Assembly (NCBI GenBank): GCA_035250485.1
Contig: DATFFB010000214.1
Location: 8,197-72,196 of the forward strand
Source of the DNA: Acidimicrobiia bacterium
GTDB taxonomy: Bacteria > Actinomycetota > Acidimicrobiia > Spongiisociales > ZC4RG35
Length of the DNA: 64,000 bases
Direction of reading: 5' to 3'
How positions within the stretch are numbered: position 1 is the first letter of the stretch; the number at the start of each line of letters is the position of its first letter. Position numbers and translations under genes: made by a program. Shown here piece after piece: positions 38,701 through 48,443 of the stretch. Below the pieces are notes generated by a model. That model was not told the origin of the DNA, searched no databases, and was given only the letters and a program-made list of their open reading frames with translations.

Positions 38701-39278
38701 CCGAGGAAGACAGCCAAGTTGAGGTGCGACGATCTGGCCTGAAAATGTGGCTGTTGTCGCTCGCCGGCGTCCCCTTGCTGGTCCTGGGCGTCGATGTGCT
38801 TCGCAATCGCCGGATCATCTCTTTCTTTCAGAATCTGATCTGGCCAAACGGCAACCCTGAGGTCCTCGAGGCCCGCGACTACATCTGGGCGGTAGCGCTC
38901 GTCATCGTGGGCCTTCTCATCGCCGTTTTCGGGGTAGCCGAACTCATCAACCCGCGCCCGGTGTTGGCGGCATCCGAGGACGGCCTCCGCCTCCGAATCG
39001 GCAATCCGTTCTCATCGCTCGCCTTCATACCCTGGAACGAGGTGACAGACGTTGGTGCAGAGCAGCTCGATGACGAGGGCGACCCGGTTTCGGTCTTCGT
39101 TCTCACCGTTGCCAATCGGGAACGCTTGCCCGCTCACCCCTGGGGGGCACGATGGCTCGACGACAAGACCTTGGCGGTTCTCGCGTCCGATTGGGAGACA
39201 CCGCCCGGCCGCGTGGCGGAACGAGTGGCGGCGGCATCGTTGCGAGCTTCCCGCTACCGCCACCCGGTAGCTACATGA
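38697..39278 (+). CDS. Hypothetical membrane protein (2 TM helices plus soluble domain)
   Basis: ATG overlaps the pyrE stop; 193 aa with no recognisable catalytic motif. Confidence 0.55.
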   Translation: MTEEDSQVEVRRSGLKMWLLSLAGVPLLVLGVDVLRNRRIISFFQNLIWPNGNPEVLEARDYIWAVALVIVGLLIAVFGVAELINPRPVLAASEDGLRLRIGNPFSSLAFIPWNEVTDVGAEQLDDEGDPVSVFVLTVANRERLPAHPWGARWLDDKTLAVLASDWETPPGRVAERVAAASLRASRYRHPVAT

Positions 39279-40066
39279 GCACCGATGGGCTCTTGGTGGG
39301 AGCTCATGTAGATCGCCGGGATCCGCTGCGTGAGGCGCATTCCCGCGCCGCCGACATTGTGCAAATCTTCTTGAGCGATCCCCAAAGCTGGAAGAAGCCT
39401 GACCCGCGTCCGGACGCAGAAGAGCTTCGTCAGCAGTCCCTTCCGCTTTACGTCCATGCTCCCTACTTGATCAATGTCGTGGCGGACGCATCTCGGATCA
39501 GGATTCCCTCGCGGCGTATCTTGAGTGAAACCTGCGAGGCAGCGGTCGAAGTTGGTGCCGCCGCGGTCGTGGTCCACGGCGGTCATATCACCGGAGAGGG
39601 GCCGCTAACGGAGGGCTACTCCCGATGGCGGAAGGCCTTGCTGGAACTCGATACCGAAGTTCCCGTCCTCATCGAGAACACTGCCGGTGGGGACAACGCC
39701 GTTTGTCGGCGCGTGGAATCGATTGCCCGCCTCTGGGAGGTCATTGGCGACCTCGGCCCCGGTTTCGTACTCGACACCTGTCACGCCTGGGCCGGGGGCG
39801 AGCCGGGCGAGGAGCTAGTGGGCCGCGTGCTCCAAGCCACCGGCCGCATCGACCTCGTGCATTGCAACGACTCCCGCGATCCCTTCGATTCGCGTCGCGA
39901 CCGCCATGCCAACCTCGGACACGGGAAGATGCCTACGGAACTCTTGGCGGAAGTGGTTGCCCTGGCTGGCGCACCGGTGATCGTTGAGACCCCGGGCGAC
40001 GCCGTCGAACATCGCGCCGACATGGACTTCGTCCGCCGGGCGGCCAGTCGGGCTCCGGCAGCTTGA
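39275..40066 (+). CDS. nfo: Deoxyribonuclease IV (endonuclease IV, AP endonuclease family 2)
   Basis: …LVGAHV…IVQIFLSDPQSW… and conserved His/Asp/Glu metal ligands. ATG overlaps the upstream stop. Confidence 0.85.
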   Translation: MSTDGLLVGAHVDRRDPLREAHSRAADIVQIFLSDPQSWKKPDPRPDAEELRQQSLPLYVHAPYLINVVADASRIRIPSRRILSETCEAAVEVGAAAVVVHGGHITGEGPLTEGYSRWRKALLELDTEVPVLIENTAGGDNAVCRRVESIARLWEVIGDLGPGFVLDTCHAWAGGEPGEELVGRVLQATGRIDLVHCNDSRDPFDSRRDRHANLGHGKMPTELLAEVVALAGAPVIVETPGDAVEHRADMDFVRRAASRAPAA

Positions 40067-40482
40067 AGCCCCTCACCGGGCTCCTCCTTCTCCTCGCCTT
40101 GAGCTCCTGCTCAATGGCCCAGACCGGGCCCTGGCTCGACGAAAGTGGTCAGCGCCTGGAAGGGAGCCAGCTCATCCAGTATCAGGGGTTCAAGGAATGC
40201 GGTCATGAAGACGTCCAGTTCATCGTCTTCTTCGGTGACATGTATGCCCGCGATCCGGAAGGAGTGCTGGGTCCATTGACCAACACAGCCGGGGAGTCGC
40301 TTTCCTTCGAAATCACCACCGAGATCCCAGAGGGGGTCATGGCCCAAGGTTTCAGTTTTCGGGACCGCGAGATCTATTTCGATCCTGCGACCCGCGAGGA
40401 TTACCTCTACGTTCATTACGAGAACGGAAGCTTGGAGCGCTGGCCACGGGCTGAGTTCGCCTGCGATCGCCCGGGCGCCTGA
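40063..40482 (+). CDS. Hypothetical lipoprotein
   Basis: Signal peptide with lipobox (LLLLLALSSC), 139 aa. Confidence 0.55.
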   Translation: MKPLTGLLLLLALSSCSMAQTGPWLDESGQRLEGSQLIQYQGFKECGHEDVQFIVFFGDMYARDPEGVLGPLTNTAGESLSFEITTEIPEGVMAQGFSFRDREIYFDPATREDYLYVHYENGSLERWPRAEFACDRPGA

Positions 40483-40513
40483 AGAGCTCCTGGCCTAGGC
40501 TGGCTCGGGAGCC

Positions 40514-41137
40514 ATGGATCCGCAGACCTCGAGCACCCTCGACGAACAACGCGTCGAATTCTCCCGGAGCCGGTTCTTGGCGATGCCCATCGCCGGCACT
40601 ATCGCCTGGACGATCATCGGCATCACGGGTGGGTTCGTCTCAGTGGGTCTTGCCTCCTGGATTCTCTTCATCTGTACGGGTTCGATCTTCGGGCTCGGGC
40701 TCATCGTCGCCAGGTTTTTGGGCGAAGACCTCCTTGGAAAAACACGCGACCACAACGAATTTGATCGGCTCTTTTTTGCGTCGGTGCAAATGGCATGGTT
40801 GGTCTTCGCCATTGCGATTCCCTTTTTCATGATCGAGCCCACTTCGCTCCCTCTCAGTGTCGGAATCCTCGCCGGGTTGATGTGGCTTCCGTTCTCCTGG
40901 ATCATTCAGCACTGGGTGGGGATGTTTCACGCCTTCGCCCGTACCGCTTTGGTCACAATCGCCTGGTTCGTGTTTCCCGGCAACCGCTTCGTAGTGATTC
41001 CCGCGGTCATCGTCTTGATCTACCTGATCACCATTTACATTCTCGCCACACGTCCGCTGCCCGAAGGGGTCGGTAGGATGGTTGCACCACGGGCGACCCC
41101 TGATGCGGCGGCCGAGGGACTTTCCGATCCGATTTGA
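40514..41137 (+). CDS. Hypothetical polytopic membrane protein
   Basis: About 6 predicted TM helices, 207 aa. Confidence 0.55.
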   Translation: MDPQTSSTLDEQRVEFSRSRFLAMPIAGTIAWTIIGITGGFVSVGLASWILFICTGSIFGLGLIVARFLGEDLLGKTRDHNEFDRLFFASVQMAWLVFAIAIPFFMIEPTSLPLSVGILAGLMWLPFSWIIQHWVGMFHAFARTALVTIAWFVFPGNRFVVIPAVIVLIYLITIYILATRPLPEGVGRMVAPRATPDAAAEGLSDPI

Positions 41138-41183
41138 CGCTTGAGTTCCCCCTACCCGCGAGGAGGGGAGAGAGGAGCGACTT

Positions 41184-42050
41184 GTGGCCAACGAAGAGAC
41201 CACCGCCGACGCCGAGCGCGTCTCCAAGATCACAGCCCCGATGATCCGCGCCCGCAAGGGCGGGCCTCCCATCACGATGGTCACTGCCTACGACTACTCG
41301 TCGGCTCGCATCGCCGACGAAGGCGGGATGGACATGATCCTGGTGGGTGATTCCGTTGCCAACGTCGTCCACGGACATCCCACCACCATCTCGATCGATC
41401 TCGACACGATGGTGCTCCACACTGCCGCCGTGGCCCGCGCTAAGCCCCGCGCTCTCGTGATTGGCGACATGCCTTGGTTGACGTACCACCTCTCCGAGGA
41501 GACGACCATCAAGAATGCCGGTCGCCTGATACGCGACGGGGGTGCCGAGGCCGTCAAATTGGAAGGGGGCCGCAAGCGATTGCCGATGATCAAAGCGCTG
41601 GTCGAGACGGAAATCCCGGTCATGGGCCATATCGGCCTCACGCCGCAATCGGTCCATGCCATGGGTGGTTATCGAGTGCAGGGGAAGATGGTCGAGGATG
41701 CCCGCGACCTGATCAAGGACGGTCAAGCCCTCGACCAAGCGGGAATCTTCGCTCTCGTACTGGAGGGGATACCGAGCGCCCTGGCCGACATCATCACGAA
41801 GGAGATCTCTGCTCCCACGATCGGAATCGGCGCCGGTCCGGGGACTGACGGGCAGGTGCTCGTCTTCCACGACGTCCTGGGCCTCTCGTATGGTCGCAGT
41901 CCCAAGTTCGTCCGTCGGTTTGCCGACCTCCACGAGGCAGCCGTGGCCGGAATCGACTCCTTCCGGCGGGCAGTGGAGAACGGAAGCTTCCCGAACGAGG
42001 AAGAGAGCTACCACCTTTCCGACGAAGTTGCCCAAGCCTTGCGGGACTAA
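41184..42050 (+). CDS. panB: 3-methyl-2-oxobutanoate hydroxymethyltransferase
   Basis: GTG start; motifs …ITMVTAYDY…, …ILVGDS…, …VKLEGG…. Confidence 0.93.
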   Translation: MANEETTADAERVSKITAPMIRARKGGPPITMVTAYDYSSARIADEGGMDMILVGDSVANVVHGHPTTISIDLDTMVLHTAAVARAKPRALVIGDMPWLTYHLSEETTIKNAGRLIRDGGAEAVKLEGGRKRLPMIKALVETEIPVMGHIGLTPQSVHAMGGYRVQGKMVEDARDLIKDGQALDQAGIFALVLEGIPSALADIITKEISAPTIGIGAGPGTDGQVLVFHDVLGLSYGRSPKFVRRFADLHEAAVAGIDSFRRAVENGSFPNEEESYHLSDEVAQALRD

Positions 42051-42106
42051 ATGCGAACCCTGGGTTGCTGTTCCGAGAAAACCCCCGATGGCGGCCCACA
42101 GAATCA

Positions 42107-42610
42107 ATGAAAGCCCGGCTTTTGGTGCTGATGGTCTCGATGTCGTGCTCGTCGGCGACTCCGTTTGTGTCAGTCGCCTCTACGACGACGGCGAGTTCGG
42201 TCGTTCCCACGACCACCACCGCTCCCGCCTTCGACGCTGGAGATCTCACCTCCTTTGAACCTCACACCATCGCCTTGGGTACGACAGAATTGATCGTCGC
42301 CCTTGCCGACGAGGAGTCTGAGCGCCAGCAGGGTCTGGCGGGGGTCACAGATCTCGGTGGCTTCGAGGGGATGCTGTTCGCTTGGGATGATGAAGTGACG
42401 ACCGGTTTCTGGATGAAAGACACTCCGATCGCCCTCGATCTCATTTTCTTCGATTCTGAAGGTGCCATCGTCGAGCAAACCTCGCTCGAGCCGTGCCTCG
42501 CCGAGCCCTGTCCGGTTTTCGTCGCCGATGGGCTTTTTCGTTGGGTGCTCGAGGCCCCGGCCGGAAGCATCCAGGCCACGGGTAAACTGTCGTTTCCAGA
42601 AGCAGATTGA
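42107..42610 (+). CDS. DUF192-domain lipoprotein
   Basis: MKARLLVLMVSMSC lipoprotein signal followed by a DUF192 core (…GMLFAWD…, …DLIFFD…). Confidence 0.7.
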   Translation: MKARLLVLMVSMSCSSATPFVSVASTTTASSVVPTTTTAPAFDAGDLTSFEPHTIALGTTELIVALADEESERQQGLAGVTDLGGFEGMLFAWDDEVTTGFWMKDTPIALDLIFFDSEGAIVEQTSLEPCLAEPCPVFVADGLFRWVLEAPAGSIQATGKLSFPEAD

Positions 42611-42697
42611 CTGCTTCACACACCCTGCTCCGCAACTCCCCGATGGGTAGAGCGGAGCCTTCCGCGCCGAGAGGCCGGATGTCCACAGGAGGAAAAT

Positions 42698-42994
42698 ATG
42701 CGCACCTACGAGGTGATGACTATCCATCGCCCCGATCTGGGTGAGGACGATGTCGAGAGCCGGGTGGACGGCATCGCAGCGTTCCTCACCGAGCGGGGGG
42801 CCACCGTCAGTGGCAGAGACCTCTGGGGCAAACGCCGGTTTGCCTACGAGATCGACCATCTTCACGACGGCTACTACTCGGTTCTGACTTTTCAGGCGGA
42901 GCCGCCGGCGATCAACGATCTCCATCGGATGCTTACGCTCCAAGACGAGGTGATCAGGCACAAGATCATTCAGCCGGCCGGGGTCAAGCAGTGA
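42698..42994 (+). CDS. rpsF: 30S ribosomal protein S6
   Basis: MRTYEVMTIHRPDL…, 98 aa. Confidence 0.95.
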   Translation: MRTYEVMTIHRPDLGEDDVESRVDGIAAFLTERGATVSGRDLWGKRRFAYEIDHLHDGYYSVLTFQAEPPAINDLHRMLTLQDEVIRHKIIQPAGVKQ

Positions 42995-43058
42995 ACGGGG
43001 GCCTTGATTTGTCCCTCCAGACCTCCATAGTCACGTTATCGATCCAAGGAGGAATTCC

Positions 43059-43505
43059 ATGTCGCTGAACAATGTTGTGCTCGTAGGAAACCTGGTCGAG
43101 GACCCCGAGATGCGGTTCACGCCCTCGGGAGTGCCGATGGTCAAGATCCGCCTGGCGGTGAATCGTCGCTGGCGAGACCAAAACAACGAATGGCAGGAGG
43201 AGACCAGCTTCTTTGGGGGCACCATCTGGCGCGAGCACGCCGAAAACGTCTCTGAGTCGCTCCAGAAGGGCACCCGGGTGATCGTCACCGGTCGTCTCGA
43301 GCAGCGGTCGTGGGAGACGGAGCAGGGCGAGAAGCGCTCAGTGGTCGAGCTGCAGATCGAGGAGATCGGTCCCAGCCTGCGGTGGGCCACCGCCACCGTC
43401 AACAAAACCGCTCGTTCCGGCGGAGAATTCGCCCCGCAAACGAGCGCGGTACCACCAGGACCCGTTGCCCGTGACGACTACGGCCCCGACGAGGCTCCGT
43501 TCTAG
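43059..43505 (+). CDS. ssb: Single-stranded DNA-binding protein
   Basis: OB fold ([24 protein letters not shown]…) and acidic C-terminal tail DEAPF. Confidence 0.95.
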   Translation: MSLNNVVLVGNLVEDPEMRFTPSGVPMVKIRLAVNRRWRDQNNEWQEETSFFGGTIWREHAENVSESLQKGTRVIVTGRLEQRSWETEQGEKRSVVELQIEEIGPSLRWATATVNKTARSGGEFAPQTSAVPPGPVARDDYGPDEAPF

Positions 43506-43519
43506 AAAGGAATCACGTA

Positions 43520-43792
43520 ATGGCTCGCGCCACCAACCTCGATCGCAAACAAAAAAAGCGCCGACCGGAGGGTCAGTTCCGGCGGATGAAAAAGAAGATC
43601 TGCTACTTCTGCCAGGAGAAGGTCGACTACGTCGACTGGAAGGACGTATCGCTCTTGCGCAAGTACCTGTCAGACCGGGCCAAGATCCGCTCCCGTCGGG
43701 TCAACGGCAATTGCCCTCGCCACCAACGAGAGGTTGCCGTCGCCATCAAGAACGCCCGGGAGATGGCTCTGCTCGGATACATGGGTCGCTGA
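43520..43792 (+). CDS. rpsR: 30S ribosomal protein S18
   Basis: …[33 protein letters not shown]…. Confidence 0.95.
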   Translation: MARATNLDRKQKKRRPEGQFRRMKKKICYFCQEKVDYVDWKDVSLLRKYLSDRAKIRSRRVNGNCPRHQREVAVAIKNAREMALLGYMGR

Positions 43793-44238
43793 TGAAGCTG
43801 GTGCTCAACGCGGATGTCAGCCCCCTGGGCCAGCGAGGCGACGTCGTCGAGGTGTCCGACGGTTATGCCCGCAATTACCTCCTGCCAAACAAGCTCGCCA
43901 GCAAAGCCACCCCGGCTTCGATTGCCGCCGCCGAGCAGTCGGCGGCCACCCGGGGAGCCGCCGAGCGGAAGCTGCGCCAGGATGCAGAGGATCTTGCTTC
44001 GCAGCTAGGCGGCACCAGAGTGGTGCTGGCTGCGCAGGCAGGTGACGAAGGCCGTCTCTATGGATCGGTGGGAGTCGCCGATGTCGTCGAGGGGATTCGC
44101 AAATTCACTGGCGTCCAGGTTGATCGGAAGCACGTCGAACTCGCCGAGCCGATCAAAGCCATCGGACTTCACGAGATCACCGTCCGCTTTCATCCCGAGG
44201 TGGCTGTACCGGTGACCATCGACGTCATTCCGGCCTGA
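43792..44238 (+). CDS. rplI: 50S ribosomal protein L9
   Basis: [32 protein letters not shown]…. ATG overlaps the rpsR stop by 1 nt. Confidence 0.93.
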   Translation: MKLVLNADVSPLGQRGDVVEVSDGYARNYLLPNKLASKATPASIAAAEQSAATRGAAERKLRQDAEDLASQLGGTRVVLAAQAGDEGRLYGSVGVADVVEGIRKFTGVQVDRKHVELAEPIKAIGLHEITVRFHPEVAVPVTIDVIPA

Positions 44239-44332
44239 ATCGGTGGATATCTCCGTGGAAAGGTATGTGGATTTGCGAGAGCGGTAAATCTCGCTCTTGA
44301 AGTAGCGATTTCTGTCACAGCCGCCTGCCAGA

Positions 44333-45685
44333 TTGCGGGCAATGACAACGCTCACAGAGCGCCCGCGGATCGCAACTCGGGTTCCTCCCCACTCGCGCGA
44401 GGCCGAGGTGTCGGTCCTCGGTGGGATTCTTCTTTCATCCGAAGCGGCGCACGACGTCATGGACGTGCTCGTCCCTGAGGACTTCTACGTCCCCGCCCAT
44501 CAATCGATTTTCGAGGCGATTCTCGCCCTTTACAACAGCAACGAGCCGCTTGACGCGGTGACCGTTTCTGAGGAATTGCGACGACGCGACTATCTCGAGA
44601 AGATCGGGGGCATCGGCTACCTCACCGGCCTCATTGACATGGTGCCGGGAGTATCCAACATCGGCTACTACGCCGCGATCGTCGAAGAGCACGGATTGCG
44701 GCGGTCATTGATCAAGGCCGGCTCGGTGGTATCCGAGCTCGCCTTTCACACCGAAGAAGAGATCGCCACCGTGCTCGATCGAGCCGAGCAGCACGTCTTC
44801 TCGGTGGCGGAGAAGCGTGCAGCCAAAGGCATGGTTTTCATTGGCCCGCTCTTTGGTGAGGTGTTGGGAAAAGTCTCCGAGCTCGACGGCTCCGATCCCG
44901 TCACTGGGCTGGCAACCGGATTCCGCGATCTCGACAAACTGGTGGGAGGCTTGCATTCGGCCAATTTCGTGGTCGTCGCCGCCCGTCCCAGCATGGGCAA
45001 GAGCACCCTGGCGCTGAATATGGCCAGCAATGTCGCCATGAAGGGAAAGACCGTAGCGATTTTCAGCTTGGAAATGTCCAAGGAGGAGATCGTGCAGCGA
45101 ATGCTGTGCTCGGTCGGTGGTGTCGATTCCCGCCAGCTCCGTACCGGCGCCCTCGACGATCGTGGGTGGGAACGGGTTACCAACGCCGCCAACAAGATGT
45201 TCCGCGCCCCGATCTTCGTCGACGACTCTTCCATCGTGAACGTCACCGACATCCGCGCCAAATGCCGCCGGGTCGAAAGGTCGCACAATCTCGATCTGGT
45301 GGTCGTGGACTACCTGCAGCTGATGCAGGGGAACTCCCGCGAGAACCGCCAGCAGGAGATCGCGGAGATCTCCCGGGGTTTGAAGAACCTGGCCATCGAA
45401 CTCGCGGTCCCCATCATCGGTGTATCACAGCTCAACCGTTCGTCCGAGCAGAGGGAGGAGAAACGACCCCGCCTCTCCGACCTCAGGGAGTCGGGAGCGC
45501 TCGAACAGGACGCCGACATCGTCATGTTCATCTACCGCGACGAGTACTACCGCAAGGACACCGATCAGAAGGGTGTGGCCGAGGTGCACGTGGCGAAACA
45601 TCGCTCGGGGGAGACGGGCACCGTGAAGATGACCTTCCAGGCCAACTACACCCGGTTTACCGACATCGGTCGCGACCTCGGCTAG
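44333..45685 (+). CDS. dnaB: Replicative DNA helicase DnaB (no intein)
   Basis: Walker A (GARPSMGKSTLALN), H4 motif and DnaB N-terminal domain, 450 aa. Confidence 0.95.
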   Translation: MRAMTTLTERPRIATRVPPHSREAEVSVLGGILLSSEAAHDVMDVLVPEDFYVPAHQSIFEAILALYNSNEPLDAVTVSEELRRRDYLEKIGGIGYLTGLIDMVPGVSNIGYYAAIVEEHGLRRSLIKAGSVVSELAFHTEEEIATVLDRAEQHVFSVAEKRAAKGMVFIGPLFGEVLGKVSELDGSDPVTGLATGFRDLDKLVGGLHSANFVVVAARPSMGKSTLALNMASNVAMKGKTVAIFSLEMSKEEIVQRMLCSVGGVDSRQLRTGALDDRGWERVTNAANKMFRAPIFVDDSSIVNVTDIRAKCRRVERSHNLDLVVVDYLQLMQGNSRENRQQEIAEISRGLKNLAIELAVPIIGVSQLNRSSEQREEKRPRLSDLRESGALEQDADIVMFIYRDEYYRKDTDQKGVAEVHVAKHRSGETGTVKMTFQANYTRFTDIGRDLG

Positions 45686-45698
45686 TGCCTCTATATGT

Positions 45699-45737
45699 GA
45701 AAAGCGGCCCCGTCGGTGTGGCGGAACCGCTTTTCGG
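45699..45737 (+). terminator. Rho-independent terminator after dnaB
   Basis: gAAAAGCGGccccgtcggtgtggcggaaCCGCTTTTcgg: GC stem flanked by an A-tract and a T-tract, about 15 nt after the dnaB stop. Confidence 0.6.
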
Positions 45738-45927
45738 TCCCTGGCTCCGTCCGATGGAGGATTGGAAGATTCTCTTGGAGGGGGAGAGTCTCGGTCTTCG
45801 CCAGGAGATTCAGTTGTCTGTCTGTTATCGGCGAGGGGCGCAGTAGATAGAGAATCAGAACTTCTCGACACCTAAGAACTAGTCCGCTTGCGTCTGATGG
45901 TGAGCAGACGCTGGTTAAGTTCGGTCC

Positions 45928-46731
45928 ATGACCTGGCGCGAGCTTGCCGACGGAGTCTTCGTCCGTCGATACGACCATCCCTTCGATCACAACGTCGGAC
46001 TGGTCCTCGGGGCCGAGCAGGCCTTGGTGATCGACTCCCGCACGAATCCCCGTGAAGCCGACGAGTTGCTAGCCGAATTGGGCTCGGTGACAAAGCAGCC
46101 GATCGGATGGCTTTTCAACACCCATCATCATTGGGATCACACCTTTGGCAATCAACGCTTTACCGAGTCTCGTATTTGGGGCCATCGTCGATGTGCCGAG
46201 ACCCTGCTCGAATCAGGAGAAGCCACCAAGAAGGAGATCAGCGAGGCCTACCCCGACGAGAAGTCTTATCGAGAAGTGGTCATCACTCCGCCCACGGAGC
46301 TCTTCGAGGAGAGCGCCACCATCGATCTTGGAAACCGCGCGGTCGAGCTCGTCTACTACGGACGTGGGCACACCGACAACGACGCCGTCCTCCATGTCGG
46401 GGAGGTGACCTTTGCCGGCGATTTGGTGGAAGAAGGAAGTCCCCCCTCGTTCGGGGACTCATTTCCGATCGCCTGGGTGGATACGGTCGGGCGCCTCGCT
46501 GAGGCTGCGAGCGAACTGATCGTCCCCGGCCACGGCGCTCCCGTCGATTCCGAGCACCTGGTGGTGGCGCGCTTCGACCTGGCCTGGGTCGGCCGAGCGG
46601 CCAAGGCGGGGAAGGAGGCGGGACTCCGAGTCGAGGAAATCGATCTGGGCGACTCCCCCTATCCCGAGGAGCCGGCGCGGGAGGCGCTGGCGCGCGCCTA
46701 CTCCGAATTGGACTCGAAGTTCTCCCAGTAG
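45928..46731 (+). CDS. MBL-fold metallo-hydrolase
   Basis: HxHxDH motif ([12 protein letters not shown]) and downstream His/Asp ligands, 267 aa. Confidence 0.8.
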   Translation: MTWRELADGVFVRRYDHPFDHNVGLVLGAEQALVIDSRTNPREADELLAELGSVTKQPIGWLFNTHHHWDHTFGNQRFTESRIWGHRRCAETLLESGEATKKEISEAYPDEKSYREVVITPPTELFEESATIDLGNRAVELVYYGRGHTDNDAVLHVGEVTFAGDLVEEGSPPSFGDSFPIAWVDTVGRLAEAASELIVPGHGAPVDSEHLVVARFDLAWVGRAAKAGKEAGLRVEEIDLGDSPYPEEPAREALARAYSELDSKFSQ

Positions 46732-47273
46732 CGCGACGGCGTCGGCCCTACCTGTTCGAGGTATTTCGACTGCAGTCCGGCGCTCCCATACGGGGAGCGC
46801 GCGGCTGTCGAGAGTCGAAAAAAGCTGATCTGCCCGATTTTCATTCCTGAATAGAGGGTTATCGGGAGGTTGGCCACATTCGACAACTCCAGCGTCAGGT
46901 AACCCCGATAACCGGCATCGACGAAGCCGGCTGTGCTGTGAATCAAGAGTCCGAGACGCCCTAGAGAGCTCTTGCCCTCGAGTCTCCCGACGAGGTCGTT
47001 GGGGAGTTGCACCCGCTCGATCGTGGTGCCGAGTACGAACTCGCCCGGATGGAGAATGAAGGGTTCGTCGCCTTTCGTGGCCACCAGTTCGGTGAGGTCT
47101 TCCATCGGCTGGCGAACATCGATGTACGGATAACGACTGTTGTTGAACACTCGAAACTGATTTCCCACCCTCAGATCGACCGATGAGGGTTGGATGGCGT
47201 TAGGACCGAGTGGCTCGATTATCAGCCGGCCCGAAGCGAGTTCTTTCTCCAGATCGATGTCGGAAAGAATCAT
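46698..47273 (-). CDS. dcd: dCTP deaminase
   Basis: [12 protein letters not shown]… and a dUTPase-like fold, 191 aa. Confidence 0.93.
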   Translation of the reverse strand: MILSDIDLEKELASGRLIIEPLGPNAIQPSSVDLRVGNQFRVFNNSRYPYIDVRQPMEDLTELVATKGDEPFILHPGEFVLGTTIERVQLPNDLVGRLEGKSSLGRLGLLIHSTAGFVDAGYRGYLTLELSNVANLPITLYSGMKIGQISFFRLSTAARSPYGSAGLQSKYLEQVGPTPSRYWENFESNSE

Positions 47274-47275
47274 TG

Positions 47276-47346
47276 AGCGGATGAGGGGAATCGAACCCCC
47301 ACTTCAGGCTTGGGAAGCCCGTGTTCTGCCGTTGAACTACATCCGC
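47276..47346 (-). tRNA. tRNA-Gly (anticodon CCC); CCA not encoded
   Basis: Hand-folded: acceptor stem GCGGATG/CATCCGC, D-arm GTTC-AACGGCA-GAAC, anticodon stem CGGGC/GCCTG with loop TTCCCAA, T-arm GGGGG-TTCGATT-CCCCT. Coordinates +/- 1. Confidence 0.85.
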
Positions 47347-47367
47347 GGGGGCCAGGAGGTTACCAAT

Positions 47368-47419
47368 CCATTCTTGCGTAGAAATGGGCACATTTATGCG
47401 GCCATTTCTACGCAAGAAG
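47368..47419. repeat. Palindromic element copy 2 (CCATTCTTGCGTAGAAATGG … CCATTTCTACGCAAGAAG, 17 bp arms, 14-bp spacer)
   Basis: Same arm sequence as 30589-30637. Lies 22 bp from the 5' end of tRNA-Gly and at the 3' end of a small minus-strand membrane ORF. Confidence 0.6.
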
Positions 47420-47632
47420 CGAGCTCACCCCCCAAATCGTCATCAGGAGGCCCACGACGAGGAGAAATCGCACCCGGCCGGGCCGATAGGAGCCGGACAC
47501 CCCGGCCGGAGTCTCGCCGGCTCGATGCTTGCGCCACGCCAGGAGGTTGCCCACGATCAAGGCCAGACCCAACCCGGTGACCATCTCGGCCACCAGGCTG
47601 TCGAGTCCGAGAATGTCTCTCACCGTTCGCAA
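47408..47632 (-). CDS. Small hypothetical membrane protein (2 TM helices)
   Basis: 74 aa, TTG start; the hydrophobic helices look protein-like, but it competes with an overlapping plus-strand ORF. The palindromic element sits at its 3' end. Confidence 0.4.
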   Translation of the reverse strand: MRTVRDILGLDSLVAEMVTGLGLALIVGNLLAWRKHRAGETPAGVSGSYRPGRVRFLLVVGLLMTIWGVSSLLA

Positions 47633-47663
47633 TTGAACCGCAACGGCCTGGTAAAACCAACCC

Positions 47664-48443
47664 GTGCCCCGTCACTGCTACGTCCTCCGGGTATTCACCC
47701 GCCAAGGCGAGGGGGGCAATTCCCTGGGCGTGGTGACCGACGTCCTCGGACTTGACGACGACAAGATGCAGCGCATCGCTACGGAACTCGGATTCTCGGA
47801 GACGATCTTTCTCCGCTGGTTCGACGAGCCCCGGCCTCACGCCCGGATCTTCACCCCCACCAGCGAGCTTCCCTTTGCAGGACACCCGCTGGTCGGGGCT
47901 GCCTGGCTCTTGCTGAATCTCGGACCTCAAGATCCGGGGGCGATCGAGTGCTCCGTCGGCACGGTTGACATCTCGGCGAGCGGCGACACCACCTGGATCA
48001 GGGCCGCAGGCGGTCAACCGGTGAGCGAGGTGGAGGCCCGGCTCGGTGCCTGGGTGAATCCGAAGGAGACGGTGGTGGTGGAGATGCCACTCCGCTATTT
48101 GCTGGTCGAAGTGGAAACTCCCGCCGAGGTGAGCGCGGCTTCAGTCCCGAGTGACGTCGCCGGTTTCGACTCCATCTACCTATGGGCTTGGTCGGGCCCA
48201 GACAGAGTGAGGGCTCGGTTCTTCATCCCCGATGCCGGTATCCCCGAAGATCCCGCCACAGGGAGTGCGGCGGTGGCACTCGCTTCCTACCTACGCAGCC
48301 AGGGCAGAGCCGAGGGCGAACTCGTCATCGAGCAGGGCGCCGAGATGGGCCACCCCTCGATGATCCAACTGCGCTGGGATCCCTCCCACACCCATCTCGG
48401 TGGCGAGGTGCAAAAGGACGAGGTTCGGTTTCTCAGCATTTGA
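47664..48443 (+). CDS. PhzF-family phenazine-biosynthesis-like isomerase
   Basis: GTG start; N-terminus …VFTRQGEGGNSLGVV… and the PhzF/DapF-like fold, 259 aa. Confidence 0.85.
   Translation: MPRHCYVLRVFTRQGEGGNSLGVVTDVLGLDDDKMQRIATELGFSETIFLRWFDEPRPHARIFTPTSELPFAGHPLVGAAWLLLNLGPQDPGAIECSVGTVDISASGDTTWIRAAGGQPVSEVEARLGAWVNPKETVVVEMPLRYLLVEVETPAEVSAASVPSDVAGFDSIYLWAWSGPDRVRARFFIPDAGIPEDPATGSAAVALASYLRSQGRAEGELVIEQGAEMGHPSMIQLRWDPSHTHLGGEVQKDEVRFLSI

Noticed and set aside
41028-42107. 359-aa minus-strand ORF antisense to panB (and similar long antisense ORFs: 28061..29077 - vs argG, 59168..60301 - vs lnt, 48291..49016 - vs thrB, 20491..21585 + vs pilT, 21305..22027 - vs pilT/cca)
   Set aside because: Each overlaps a gene with strong family signatures on the opposite strand and shows the Arg/Pro/Gly-rich composition of spurious high-GC ORFs.
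30589-47419. The two palindromic elements as attL/attR of an integrated island next to tRNA-Gly
   Set aside because: The repeats are inverted, not direct. The tRNA-proximal copy is at the 5' side of the tRNA. The intervening 16.7 kb carries core genes (rpsF-ssb-rpsR-rplI-dnaB, panB, nfo) and no integrase or mobility genes.
47384-47755. Plus-strand 123-aa ORF overlapping the palindromic element and the small membrane ORF
   Set aside because: Its start codon lies inside the palindrome spacer and the translation is low-complexity (R/P/G/H-rich). The overlapping minus-strand 74-aa ORF has a more protein-like two-helix hydrophobic profile, but even that is only tentatively called.
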